Shown here one piece after another: positions 25,340 through 38,539 of a DNA stretch of 64,000 bases. Source of the stretch: Lama guanicoe. Taxonomy: Eukaryota. The stretch is from assembly GCA_013239625.1 (NCBI GenBank), contig MU053652.1, positions 5,073,902-5,137,901 of the forward strand, written 5' to 3'. The position numbers were made by a program, and so were the translations under genes. The notes under the pieces were generated by a model. It did not search any database. It was not told the DNA's origin and saw nothing but the letters and a program-made list of their open reading frames with translations. How positions within the stretch are numbered: the stretch's first letter is position 1; every line of letters begins with the position of its first letter.

Positions 25340-25460
25340 GGGGGAGGGTACAGCTCAGTGGTAAAGTGTGTGCCTAGCATGCACGAGGTGCTGGGTTCAA
25401 TCCCCAATACTTCCATTAAAATAAATAAACCTAATTACCACTCGCCTCCCATCCCCCCCC
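25340..25460 (+). mobile_element. Camelid Vic-1-type SINE
   Basis: GGGGGAGGGTACAGCTCAGTGGTAAAGTGTGTGCCTAGCATGCACGAGGTGCTGGGTTCAATCCCCAATACTTCCATTAAAATAAATAAACCTAATTACC with Pol III A/B boxes. Degenerate TSD aaatctgctt / aattttgctt. Confidence 0.9.
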
Positions 25461-25709
25461 AAATTTTGCTTTGAAAGAAGGCCATCTCATCTGCCTCTTC
25501 CTTCTCTTCCTCCTGGAATAAGCAGCTTGAGAAAAGCTATTCCAGTGTCAGAGAATCCTGGAAAGGCCTCTAGATGCTCCGAAGGCCCACATGGAGGTAT
25601 ACGAGCCTTAAGAAGTAATTTAGATTGGGTCACTTCTTAATTCTACAGCATTTCTTCAGGCTGAACAAAGCCTAAAGCCTGTCATGAGAGATGCAGCGCG
25701 TAACTATAG

Positions 25710-26040
25710 ATAAGCTCTAATCAACAGCCCTCCTTCCCTCAACTGATCTGCACATTCTATGACCTTGATGCCCGTTAGTGACCGAGGGCCACTCTAATAC
25801 ACCCGTGTACTTCTGTCCCCAGATTTACAACGGTCATTTTAACTACGTACTTCATTAAATATTTTATCAAATTGAAATATGAGCACAAAAAGAATGCACA
25901 TTTATGAAAATAGGTGAACAGTTTGAAAAGGTTTAATAAGAGGAATGGCCTAAAATAGCTGCAAAGTGTCCAAAAACGAGTGCAGGAAAACTGTAACAGA
26001 TGACAGTAGTGTAAATCACAAAAATTTAGGATTCCATAAT
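25710..26040 (+). mobile_element. Tigger15a-like DNA transposon fragment (N-terminal transposase remnant)
   Basis: atgagcacaaaaagaa...tatgaaaata..tgaacagtttgaaaaggtttaataagagg...aaaactgtaacagat...aaatcacaaaaatttaggattc resembles the Tigger15a consensus as recalled. Confidence 0.5.
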
Positions 26041-26616
26041 TAATGTTTTGAGTCACCATTCCAAAAAGGAAGTTATGCAATTCACCAGGGTATCAAATAG
26101 CTGATCCTTGCTGCCCATATAACAAAGAGTTGGAGATGTATGTACATTTTTGTGTTTAAAATGAAATTAATGTATCTGAGATAAAATTAAACCCCGGCTC
26201 TAGCCAATGTTTCTGAATAACTAACCATTGAAGGTCAGAAGGTTTTTAGTGTACCTTAATTCTAAATATAAGCTGAGTATTTGGTCATTATTATTAATAC
26301 CTCCCCTTTTCTATAGTATTATTTGGAACGATTTAAGTATAGAAAATTCAAGGGAAAAAAAAACAAAATCAAGGCCATGGGAAAATAAAGAGATGCCATG
26401 AGTAAGGCCCAGACATAAAAAGCAGACTAGCAATGCACTATCTTGGCACTGATCCTTCAATAACCAAACAAAAGAGGAAAGTCATCAGATAAAAGTTTTA
26501 GAATATTGATGAGATTAAAACAAACCTGTAGCTAAGAAATTGCTGTCCCAGGTAATGAGACATCTAAGTATTCCCAGCTATAATTCACAGAGATATTTTG
26601 AAATACAGGGAACAGA

Positions 26617-26730
26617 TCATTCATAAGTTTACTGAACTCCTACCATCTGGTGAATACTGAGACTACAGCAGGGAACAAAAGCGACAAAAATTCCTACCTT
26701 CAGGGAGCTTACTATCTAGGGAGGGTTAGA
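26617..26730 (-). mobile_element. L2 3' end
   Basis: tcattcataagttttactgaactcctac...acagcagggaacaaaa...ccttcagggagcttactatctag. Confidence 0.65.
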
Positions 26731-28441
26731 CTCAAATAATATTAGTTTATCCTCACTTTTCTCCCAATTGCCACCCAGCGGTTTACTCATCAAGTCCAGC
26801 TGAGTGGAAACAAATCTATAAGGAAACTCAGAGCACCCAGGTACCCTGCCAGGCTGGTGTAATCTGAGGTAAATACTTTGGTAAATCATACAAAAATAAA
26901 CTTTACAATCTGATTACAGGAACTTGGAGATAAAGAGTTTAAGGTTAACTCCCCTCTAGAACTCTTCCAGAATATCTGATTTTAAGAAGTGTAAATTCAC
27001 TGTGAAAATATGCCTCAACGGTAAGCAAACAAACAAAAAATCCACTCTAATGGGTCATTAGATAAAGATGAATGGAAGTCATCTGCCAAAAATAAGATGT
27101 GCATTTTGACAGTAGTAATGATGTTTTTACCAGTAATTAGACAGGGGGAGTGGTTATTTGAGAGGATTCCTTGTTTGCAACTATAGTAATTTTAACATAG
27201 GGCAATTACACCTTCCAGCTCTCCGTAGTAGGAAAGCATGCATCAAGCTCCTAAAAACTGGTGAAAAATTGGTAATAATCATCACTGCAAGTTATACACA
27301 TAGAAGAATAAGCAAAATATTTCCTAGTTTCCCCCATTCCAAAAAAACGTTAATTTCTCAAGAACCTGCTTCTAAAAACAACCTGATGCCTGTGCTGGTG
27401 CTAAGGTAATGACATCAAAAGCCTATATTCAGTTCCTCTCAACAAAAATGAACTCTCTGAGTGCTGTGTTAACATTAACGCGTATGGCAGTGGTAAGGGT
27501 AGCTAAAAATGCTTCTTTCCAAAAGTGAACAGCACAAGCTGGGGGGGAAGGGTGGGGAGGGGAGCTCCCGTGTGATAGGAGAGCTTTTAGAAAGTAAATT
27601 AGCGACAAGATCCGCTTTTCTCTCAGAGGCATGCTAGAGCTTAGAGAGAGGTGTTTCTGCTAACGGCTTCATTATACTTTCAACAAGACAATCCCTGTTT
27701 TGATGAGAAACCTATTCTTTTCTTTCCCTCCACCATGCCCCCTTAAAAAGAGAAGAAAAATACCAGTTTGGTAACAAACAGCACTTAAGACTGTTAACTA
27801 GAGAGGGAACCAGTTACCATGCTGATCTATTTTACGCAGCTAGAATTGCTACTGGGGACTGACTGTTTTAACGTTCATTGTGGAAACACGGCCCAGCAGG
27901 CTTCCTCCTCCCCCATCAGATAAGGTCCCTTGGATGGTCCCCTGTTCATCAACAAAGCTCCCAAGAGCCTTTGGAGTAAGACCAGGACACAGGCAGCACA
28001 GCAGAAGAGGAAGACCCTGTCATCTACTGATTGCTTACATCTATACAAAGAAAATGCTCAATTAACCTCTCTGAGTTGTTTTTTTTTTTTGTGCTTTACA
28101 ATTAAGCTTCCTAAACTATTATGCAGAGAATCTTTCTAATTTTGGATAGTACCTAAGAGCCTGATCGACACTCAGTAAATGGCAGTATTAAGAGTAAGAA
28201 TGAGTGCTAACTTAGTCCCAAGCCCACAGAGCCCAATAAATCTTAAATACCAACAATAATGACAGGACATGATTAACTAATGAGTGATTATGAGCAGTCT
28301 GCAAACGAAGTGCTACACAGGCACGCGACAGTTATAAGCCACTGTGTTAAGAGTAACAGAAAGCAAACCAGGGCGAAAGGGAGAGTTAAGTGAGGCGAGA
28401 ACTCTCAGCTACAGCCGAGCTGCTGTCAGCCAAACACTCAC

Positions 28442-28542
28442 ATCCCTCCGATGGTGACGGTGGCACAGGTCCGCTCTGAGAAGGCAGGCACCGTCTCTGT
28501 GGCTGGGCTGGCTGGTCTAATGTAGTCCACAGTCACATTGAC
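28442..28542 (-). CDS. SND1: SND1 internal coding exon (probably exon 12), 101 nt, phase 0/2, [33 protein letters not shown](I)
   Basis: Manual translation of the reverse complement continues the previous exon in frame (...LIGKK|VNVTVDY...). Acceptor ctgattctttattttcAG (plus ctg 28543-28545); donor AT|GTGAGT. Not present in the ORF track. Confidence 0.97.
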
Positions 28543-28679
28543 CTGAAAATAAAGAATCAGGGTAGTTAAGGTTGAGAATTTGCAACACGGCAAATTCACT
28601 AGTAGTCACGTTCGCCTACACAGCCGTAAAAGCTAACCTCATTCACAGTATGATTTTCTGTGTGTAAGGGTTTAAAAAA

Positions 28680-29695
28680 CAATCGAAAGAGAGCTGAACC
28701 ACACACTGGGGGAAATTACCTGTAAAAGTCATCTCTGATAGAGGACTGTTATCCAAAATATAGGAAGAAAGTGAGTATGATAAGAAAATAAAAACCCAAT
28801 TTTAAATGGACAAAGGACCTGGACATCTCACCGATGAAGACAAATGGCAAATAAGCATATGAAAAGATGTTTTCAGGGAAAGGCAAATTAAAACAACTAA
28901 GAGTTCCCACTATACACCTATTAGGATAGCCAAAATCCCCATCACTGACAACAAGTGCAGGGGAAAATGTGTAACAAAAGGAATTCTCATTCACTGTTAC
29001 TGGGCATACAAAACCATACAGCCACTTTAAGAGGCGGTTTTGTACAAAACTAAACAAACATTCACCATTCGTTCCAACAGTTGAAAACTTAGGTCCACAC
29101 AAAAACCTGCACATAGATGTTTCCAGCATCTNNNNNNNNNNNNNNNNNNNNNNNNNNNNNNNNNNNNNNNNNNNNNNNNNNNNNNNNNNNNNNNNNNNNN
29201 NNNNNNNNNNNNNNNNNNNNNNNNNNNNNNNNNNNNNNNNNNNNNNNNNNNNNNNNNNNNNNNNNNNNNNNNNNNNNNNNNNNNNNNNNNNNNNTAAGGG
29301 AAAGAAGTCCATCAAAAAGCTATATATTGTACGAAAATGCAAAAATACGAAGACAGTAAAAGATCAGTGGTTGCCAGGGGTTAGGGAGACAAGACAGGGA
29401 TGAACAGATGCAGCACGGAAGACGTCGACAGCAGTGAAACTATCCTGTGCCAAACTATAATGATGGACACGTGTCATTATATGTTTGCAAGTCTATACAA
29501 CGTACAACAGGAGCGAACCCTAGTAAACCACGGACTTTTGGATGATGACGTGTCAATAAGACACGTTCCACTAAGGACGGAGGCTGTTGACAGCAGAGGA
29601 GGAAGCATGCGTGAAGGGCGAAGAGGGGATAAGGGAATTCTCTGTACTTTCTGTTCATTTATGCTATGAGCCTAAAAGATGCTGTGAACCTAAAA
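28680..29695 (+). mobile_element. L1 3' region (L1MC1-like) spanning an assembly gap
   Basis: ORF2 3' motifs (aaatggacaaaggacctggacatctcacc, ccacacaaaaacctgcacatagatgttt) and 3'UTR aaagatcagtggttgccaggggttaggg...cagtgaaactatcctg. Confidence 0.8.
29132..29294. other. Assembly gap (163 N)
   Basis: Run of n. Confidence 1.
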
Positions 29696-32600
29696 AGAGA
29701 ACTGATACCATAAGAGAAAGACGAATGGCTGAATATTTAAGGCCCCAGAGAGAAGAGGTTTGGAGCTTTCCTGCAGGACTCCTAGACATTATGGTAAAGC
29801 AGTTCTTTAACCTTTTCAGCCTCCTCTGAAAATCTGTTTTTTACAAATGTGAAATGCCTCTATAGAAAGGCTGCATGTAATTTCCGTCAGGAAGAGAGAA
29901 ATTATAATAAGAAAGCTGCTTAATTCTAGTATATATTCAACATATGGATATGGACACACTAAGCAATGTTTTTTCTTTAGGAAACCTTTCAAGAAAATAT
30001 GTTTGTGTCAAAATAAAGGCGTATGTGGTATCCGTTAGGTAACATACAGGGTCTATTTTATAGAATTAAGGTACATGCTTGGCTTTGGTCATGGCCAAGG
30101 TTTACATACCAGTACAGAGGAGATACATGGGTCCACCACCCTGGAGCCATCACCACAGTCTCAAAGCCAGGAAACCTAAATACATCTTTAGTTCCTAGCA
30201 ATCAGCTTAAAGACAGCATGTTGCACAAGCACCAAGTTCAGCCACACTGCGGGTGGGCACCAGCAAAATCCTTCCAAACTGCCCGTTCCCTAGAAAATCC
30301 ATTTGAAAAATGAATATGGAAATTTGGAGAAGGACTGCTGCCTCAAAATTCTGACTGTCAGCTCACTCTCTTGAACCCATCATCTAATCACATTTTAAAA
30401 GCAACAAGGAACCAGATCAGAGAGAAAGCCAATTAAGGGCCGAAGGTAAGTAAATTTTGTGAGAAGTACTGTCATAACACAGTAACACAGAAAGAAGAAA
30501 ATATCGAGATGACTCCTCAAGTCAGATGTCTACACTGACGTTACTGCTTAGTCTGATCACCTCGTCTAAAGCGAAGGAGACGATAAATGTGACAAGTGTG
30601 ATCAGATGGCAAGCGGGGTAGAGACAGGGTTGAAAACTGGTACCTCCAACAAAGAGGTTTTAACAGTTTCCCTGAAGGCAGCTGGCCAGACATTACAGGT
30701 CAAGACAGGGCAAGGAATGGGAGGTTTACACACAGAGAAGCATGGGCGACTCAGCCAAATCCCTGGGAAGGGAAGAAATTTTCTGCATGCGGTCTATGTT
30801 GATCCACCCTGGACTCTCCTCTGGCAAGGCCTGATAACTAAAAGAAGCAGGAAGAGGGCCAGGAAAGCACGAGGAAACCTCTCGAAGCTTATGGCAAAAA
30901 ATCACACAGGAAATAAGAGGCATACAGGAGCTAAACCACAAATGTGCCCACACCATGGGATGTAAAGTAACTCAGGGCCAAGTTTAAAAGGGGCATAGCC
31001 ACAGGGTAGGGCCCAATTTGGGTCATTCAGTGGGAGGTCAAAAAATATGTGGAGATGTTCACTTTTCTTTGTGTTTTCACCCAAACCATCGAGTAATAAG
31101 CTTGAGCCCTCAATTCTACCACCAGGGGGAGAAAAATTCATCCCTGCTTAAAAATAAACTAAGTGAATCTCAAGGTTACCTTGCACCTGCCAATGACAAG
31201 CCTCCTCCTTGGCAGACAGGAGTGGGACAGCAGCTCATCAGCGCAAATACACATGGCACAGAGTAACATCAGCTCTCTACCCTGGGAGCATGCTAATTAA
31301 TCAGGAAGACCACTTGAGTAGTGGCGGTGGTGGTGATGATGGAGGTTTAAGAGTAACAAACAAAAATGAACACCTAAGCATCTCACCTTCCAGGCCAAAA
31401 GGCATGCTATCCCCAAACTGTCTTCAAAAGAAATCAGTGGGCAGGACCCCCACCCCCTTTAAATCTTTCATCTTCAATAACCAGAAGAACCAGTAACTAC
31501 ATTCTACATCCATCGGTCAATTAATTCTAGAAAAAGAGAACTGTAAGTCAGAAATTAAAGAGCTCATCGGGGAAGTAACAGTATTAAAGAAAATCTCAAA
31601 TACAAATGAGGCCCTGAGAATAGCCCACAGCCAAGACACACACCTGCAGACAGCTATGACAAACCAGGAATTAAAGTCAACGTGTAATTAGCATTTATGT
31701 CCCTCTCCTGGGGATTCTGAGATCTGTTCCCCTGCTTCATCTCGATATACTCATCCCTGACTTGTCAATCACTTCAAAAAGAGCAGTTTCAATTAAAACA
31801 ACTGCAAATCATAGCAATGCCTCCCTCGGAATAACCGATAACCCAAATTTTGTGCCCGTGGGTGATTACATATGGTGTAGCGTGAGTTAAAAAGAAGTAA
31901 TGGGTTAATGCAAACGTGCCCCTCATTTTTCCAACAAAGATACTCCTGGAATGATGGGCATGCCGAAATTTTCACGTACATGACACGAAGGCAGGGCCTG
32001 ATCCCTCTTTACAGCAAGGACCACAGGGAGCTCAGGGTTCCCACTTGGTTTCACCTCCTGTTCTCCTACGAATGAGTCACATCACATCTCTGGGCCACAC
32101 TTTACTTCACCTGGTAAATGAGAGCACTAGAGCATTACTCAACTCGAGAATTCTGAAAGATAATTTAGCCAGATATGGTTTCCTTAGACCGGTGTAATTC
32201 CCAGCTTACATTTACTATAATAAATGAATACAGACAGACCATAAGCTCCAGGAGAGGGAAAACCATGCCTTTTATTCACTGCAACTGTCGTCAAGGGGTC
32301 AGTATGGTGGGAGTGTATACAGTGAATGTTTGTTTCATGAACAGATATACGTAATTAGGAACCCAGTCAGACATAAAATTCCGAAGGGTACTTCTGAAAT
32401 GCGAAGGTTAGGCATTTTGAAGACCACTTTGTCAAGCTGTGACCATTCTGTTTTATATATTAATGTAAAGCATGAAGGAGGGGAGAAGTATTTTGAAACT
32501 GGAATAAAGCTTTAGGTTAAGAAAAACACATGTAACTTCCCGTATTATTTCTCAAAGAGGTTCTCAAGAAGTCTGAAACTATTACAACAGAATACATGCC

Positions 32601-32984
32601 GGCCACACCTAAGGAATTCTGACCATCTAGTACAATGTTCTTCAACTTATAGTGTCAAACCACCAAAGACCTTTGTAGATTTTATGCTGCTAATGATAAT
32701 GAAATGACAAAATCTCAACTACCTATGCATTAAAGATACACATTTCCAGGCCACAGCCTGAGTTCAGGCTGTTATATGAGCTCTTTTGCATAATTACATA
32801 TAATCCCACCCATTATTCCACGTGGTCAATCATAAATTCACAAAGAGTTGTTAAAAAAAAAAATACCCTGCCTCATGAGATAAGCTTTTATACAGCCTGT
32901 CACTCTCAGGAGAAAAACAAAACACATCATCATCTGGGCAAGCCTGGCTGAAGCAGCCGGGAGACAAAAGTAGAATGAAGTATT

Positions 32985-33218
32985 TCAGCCAGCTTAGGTA
33001 AGGGCATGGACTCCGGAGCCAGCAGGCTGCAGGGTTTGGTTCCCAGCAACTCTCGATATATGCTGTGTGAACCTGCAAAAGCTACCCTGCTTCTCTGTGC
33101 TTTAGTTCAACATGGATAACTCTACCTATCTCACTGCTACAACAAGAAATGCATTAATATACAAGAGGCATTCAGAGCACAGCCTGACTCATAATAAGCT
33201 CTATGTGTCAGCTACTTT
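32985..33218 (+). mobile_element. MIR SINE
   Basis: gcatggactccggagccag...gctgtgtgaacctgcaaaag...cttctctgtgctttagtt...cagagcacagcctgactcataataagctc. Confidence 0.75.
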
Positions 33219-33976
33219 TAGGTAAACATATACTGATTTTCTTAGAGGACAGTGTGGCATACAGTAAGTGCTAAGTAAGTTATCAGTGAGATAAATACAT
33301 ACATGTATATATACATACAGGCATAAATAAGATGCATGCTGACTTTAAATCATTAGACTACTGAAATCATTGGCAGAAACACTCAAGCACTCTTTTCCCC
33401 TTCAGGAGCCTCAGCAAACAAGAGTGTATACCTCATACATAATCATCACAACTTAAAAATAAATATGGCTTATTTTAAAGAATGATATACTATTTAGTAC
33501 TTAGACACTTTTCAGATTCACTTTGTAAATACTAGTTACTGAAGATTTTACTCACCAACAATAACTGAGGCACAGTGGGAAACAGAGAATCATCTCAATT
33601 AACAGATTAACTAGAAGAGGTATTTGGGGAGGATCTTCCTTGCCTTACAACATTGGGAAGACAATGAACAGAGACCAACCAAGTTTCCATTTGCTCTGGG
33701 CATAACAGAACCTTCTGTTAATACTCCTCAATTTTTAGTTCATGTATTCTTGATCCTTTTTCCCTGCTAAGAAGCATCTTATATAATTATGCTTAAAAAA
33801 ATTTAGATTAAAAAAATTTATTTTGAAACATTTTCAGTCACCCATTCATCTAGATATAGGATAAGCTTCAAAACAAACTGCCAAGGAGCCTCTTGGTCCT
33901 GCTTCTGGGCATGTGCTCAGCTGAGAGATCTGTTCAGATACAAGCTAAACTCTCATAAGAGGATGTCAAATAGGCA

Positions 33977-34306
33977 CTATGCTGTCTAGGACACAACAAA
34001 ATACAACAAGAGTCACAAATGAGAGCAACCTGTGTTTACATTTTCTAGTAGCAGCCTTAAAAAAGGAAAAAGAAATGAAGTTATTTTTTAATAATATTTC
34101 TGATTTAACTCAGTATCTAAAACATTATCATATCAACATATAACCAATATTTTTTCAAGTATTGAGTTTCTTTCCTTTCTTTCATGGATATAGTCTTTGA
34201 CATCCTGTATGTGTTTTGTGGGTACAACATACCTCAGTTTGGCCCAGCAGTTCTTCAAGTGCACAACAGCCACATACGGCTCTGGTCACGACACTGGACG
34301 GTACAT
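33977..34306 (+). mobile_element. MER33-like hAT-Charlie non-autonomous DNA transposon
   Basis: ttttctagtagcagccttaaaaaaggaaaaagaaa...ttaataatatt...aaaacattatcatatcaacatataaccaata...ttcaagtgcacaacagccacat...ctggacggtaca follows the MER33 consensus end to end as recalled. Confidence 0.8.
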
Positions 34307-37300
34307 GCCTAGACTCTACATTAAGGGACAGGAGTCTCAGCCTCATTCCTCTATTATATGATCTACCTTTTTTTTCTCTGATTACCTCTTGTGGTTATAT
34401 TTTCCTCTATTTTCACGTAGGAACTTTTGTTATATTTTACGAATCCTTGTAAACACTCTTAAAGCAAATGTGAAAAAATATGGTGTAAAAACTAAAATGT
34501 CTACCGTTCTATTTCTTATTAAAAACTCCATTACCTGACTAGACTAGAAAAGAAAAATAAGGTTTTTGTGTAATTCTACAGTTCCAAAAAAACAATTTCA
34601 GGTGTGAGAATAAATGCATACATAAAGGAAAAAAATTCCTCTAATTTAGAATTATCATTTCAAAATATATTCTGTTCAATACTTGATGTAGATACTTTTC
34701 AGTGACTTCTGCCAACTCAATGCCTGGACTTTATCCTTGATTTGCTGACATAATTGTAGAATTATTCTTCATCTTCGTGTTTGAAGTGTATTCTAATGGA
34801 TGGATGGTAACTGGAAACTCAGGTTAAAGAAATGTCTGCCTTTGTAGTTATGATTCATGTTTCTGCTGAGTGCTGATATTATTAGAAAGAAAATGAGCAA
34901 CTGGTAGACGTGAACTACTTATGTTACAAGCACAATCAAAAGTTGTAATCTGTATGTTCCATTAGGACATCTTTCAGCTGTGATGTGTCTTAAAAGAACT
35001 TCTACAGATACACTGACAAAAAAGTACATGTCTACACTGCAAAGATAAGGAGACATAAACCAGTGTTCCTTTCTCACCTCTCCAATCCAGCCTAGATGTA
35101 TTCTGTAACACCCACTTGGAAATCATTGTAATTAGGTGCTAAGGCCGGTTGTTTATTCCCATGTATTTATGTTGTTCTCTCCCATCTACAATCTCCCTTC
35201 CCAGCTCCCTCACAGTCAGAACTATTTTGAGCACATTTCATTTTCATCAATGGAATTTTTAACCTGTATGCTCCCAAAACTCTGTGAGCACAGTCGACTT
35301 TTCTTATTTGATGCATTTCTGACAAAATGAACCCATTACTCCCCACCCCTGTGTTGGATGGGCAGCTGCATTAATCTGTTTTGAGAGGAAAGGTAAACTC
35401 CAGCTTCATGCAGGGCCTGTGGAGATGCTAAGAGCCTCTATCTGACATCAGGCATTCATTTAAGTGGACATCACCACTTCCTGATAAACACTCAGTTTGG
35501 TAAATATTTAATTAGAAGCATACACAGCCATGAGAACCACAAATGTACGTGAAGACATTTTATCTAAGGGGCCATTAGAGATTGGCAAAGATTTCTAGAA
35601 GTAGTGATAACCAACCTGACAACAACAAAACATTAAAATGGCCTGAAATATGACGCACAATTTATGTATGAGGTAAATAACAAGCACACATAAAGATCAT
35701 CAGGGAAATGAAGTTCTGACACCTGAAAATATTTCAGGTAGATCTGATAAGGATCACACAGAAAAACGGAACTTACTATTTGCGAATAACCTCACAGCTG
35801 CAAGCATTTCCATTAATCCTCTTGATTCTTAAGTCCTTATAAACCTACACATGTATCTAAGAAGTGTAATCTGTGTTTGCATTAATGCTCCTAAAGCTCC
35901 AACCACTCGATTACTCATTACTGTATTACGGTATAAGTTATCCCAACACCTAATTTTAATACCACATAGTTAGTCCCTCTGAGACAATGCCAGGAACTCC
36001 AGTAACACTACTGGGAACTGTCCCACATGTCCCCTGCATGTCTCTTCTTCTCAGAGCTACCATCTCCCACTGCCTTCCTCCAGAGGATAAAGGTTGAACA
36101 TGGGTCTTTTTTCTCCTCTATACAAGTGTCAATCACAGTCATCCGTGTCCAAAATTTCCAAGGTCAGCAGCAGTCAGGGGAAATTAAATCACTCTGTCCA
36201 GAACTCTCCCTGGAGGAGTTCCAGTCACACAAGCAGCACAAATATACAGAGATACTTCTAGAATACACAAAATGTCACCCAGTCTTTAAAACAACAGCTG
36301 TAATAAACCGAGATGAGATGCTCAGGGACATGAAGAAAAGGATTTTACTTAATGGCATCTAAGAAGAATTACTGGCAGGAAAAAAAGGCATGCTTTTAAG
36401 ACATGGATAAAAATAAAAAGGTTGAATTATATTCCCTGCAAATATGTGCCCATCTATGAAGGCAAATGTTTCCACTCACCAAAGGCCAAATTGGGAAACC
36501 TGAGCAATAAAAGCGGGAGCTGAAGTATTCATGCGGCCAAGAGTTCCGATAAATTCCTGCTGCTCTGGGGCCCAGGTATTGCTTGGGGGAGCAAAGCCAG
36601 CACAGAAAAGGCATCCTGCATCCACTACGATTCAGGGAATGGCAGACCCATTTCTCCAGCAAGCCTGGGAGCTGGCAGTTAGAAGTCAATCGAAGGAAAC
36701 ATACATTCAGGTAAGTTAACTAAAGGGGAGAGTTCAAATGGTGAATTGGACTAAAAGAAGTGTTATTACCTCAAAAGAGAATTTTGAAGAAAAATATAAT
36801 TCTTAAGGAATGCCTGCCAATGGAACAAAGAAAAATAGCCCAAAGATATAGCTCTTCCATTATATAAATTATTCTTGGTTTTGTTGCTAAAAAAAGATTC
36901 CACGATAGTCAGGTGTTAACATCATAGGCCTTTCTTCCTTTAGACATGCCTCCTTCTCCCGGTATTTCACACAGAAGTTAGAGGCCTACTAAATAAAATG
37001 AAGTTCCTTGCTCAAAGGCACAGCGTGCGTAGCATTAATATCTGAGGTCAATGTCTGAAACTACACAGGGACACTGATCAAAGACCATCCCGCATTGCAT
37101 CTGTGTCCACCTCCAAAATCTGGTCTCTTGAGCAGTATATGTATATGCATACAGCCAACTCCTCAGCCCACAAACACATACTAGGAACCTGGGTGATTAG
37201 CACTGGAACATAAGCCTAGGTCAAAGGCACCATCTGCATCCCCAACAGCTTAAAATCATGAAGTAAGCTACCTCTAGGCAGCTGTATGAACAAAGAAGCC

Positions 37301-37384
37301 TTCTTCCAGACTCACAATTCTTTCATTTCCACTACTAACATATCAGAGACAGAAAGTAAGAAAGTATCACTGGGGTCCTTGAAA

Positions 37385-37885
37385 ACTTTAAAAACTGAAT
37401 TACCATAAGATCTAGAAATTCTACTGGATATATTCAATCAAGGGCCTCAAAAATATTTGTACCCCATGTTCACAGCACCACTACTCAAAATAACCAAAAG
37501 GTGAAAGCAACCCAAATGTCCACTGATGGATGAACAAACAAATTGTGGCAGATATACACAATGGAATATTTTTTAGCATTAAAAAGTAAGAAATTCTGAT
37601 ATATTTTAGACTTTGAATGAATCTTGAGGATGTCATGCTAATAGAGCCAGTCACAAAAAAGAATATGTGATTTCACTTAAATAAGGTACTGAGAGTAGTC
37701 AAACTTAAAGGAACAGAGTAGACAGTGGTGCCTAGGGGCTACGGGGAGTTCTTAAATGGGTGTAGAATTTCAGTTTTGTAAGATGGAAAAGTTCTGGTGA
37801 TTGGTTGAAGGACAATATACTTAACACTACTGAACTGTACACTTAAAAATGGTAAAGATGGTAAATTTTGTGTACTTTTATTTAA
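37385..37885 (+). mobile_element. L1 3' end (L1MA9/L1MB-like)
   Basis: catgttcacagca, aagcaacccaaatgtccactgatggatgaa, tactgaactgtacacttaaaaatggtaaagatggtaaatttt. Confidence 0.85.
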
Positions 37886-38539
37886 ACATGGCATCTTGCC
37901 ACATTTAAATATGAGTGTGTGTGTATTTTTTAACTTAGGCTATTCTACCCAAGTACTCCATGAGGCAATAACTTAGCAGCACAAGCCATGTAGAGGCCAG
38001 ACAACTCCACAATCTCTTTAAAGAATTCAAGAGGATACTTCCATCTCTCAGGAAAAGAGATGATTATCCAAAAGGCAATAATAATTAGAAGTCATGTTCC
38101 AAAACCCACTAATAAAGGAGTAGCAGTCTCAGATAGTCATGGAGCACAAATTATTCCATCTTTCTCAGGATGTGAAATATCTATTTTTTGCTTCCTAGGT
38201 ACCATAGGTCTAACTAAATGGACCCACTTCACCATTTCTGAGAGGCAATTATAGCATAGGATAGAGTAGTCTATAGCTCTCTGATTTCCTATAAAATCGT
38301 CAAACAATTTTGCATATCTTGTGCTCTGACACATTCCCTCTATGAGGAGGAATAGAGTTCCCATGGAGATGCGGCATGTGTAGACTACACTTTTGGGAAA
38401 CTTCGTTGCATCCCACCGTAATTTCCCACCTCTATCTAGTTCACCAGTTGCATTTAATCACTGTTGTTCACGCTTTTGTCTAACGCATGTTCAGCTTTCA
38501 TGTGCTGCTTTAAGTGGCATTTTTACTTGTTGGTAGGAA

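Larger units (their letters stand above)
1..28441 (-). other. SND1: SND1 downstream intron (partial, >28 kb)
   Basis: Starts GTGAGT at 28441. The expected next peptide (NIAEALVSKGLATV...) was not seen in the window. Confidence 0.85.

Noticed and set aside
25340-25416. tRNA-Ala gene, or the 73-aa ORF 25195..25416
   Set aside because: This is a SINE head with an A-rich tail and disrupted stems. The ORF's N-terminus is antisense SINE sequence.
1-28441. Nested LRRC4 gene known from the SND1 locus
   Set aside because: No LRR-coding ORF is present. As recalled, it lies in a later SND1 intron outside this window.
28749-29342. 197-aa ORF
   Set aside because: Artefact of the N-gap plus antisense L1 sequence.
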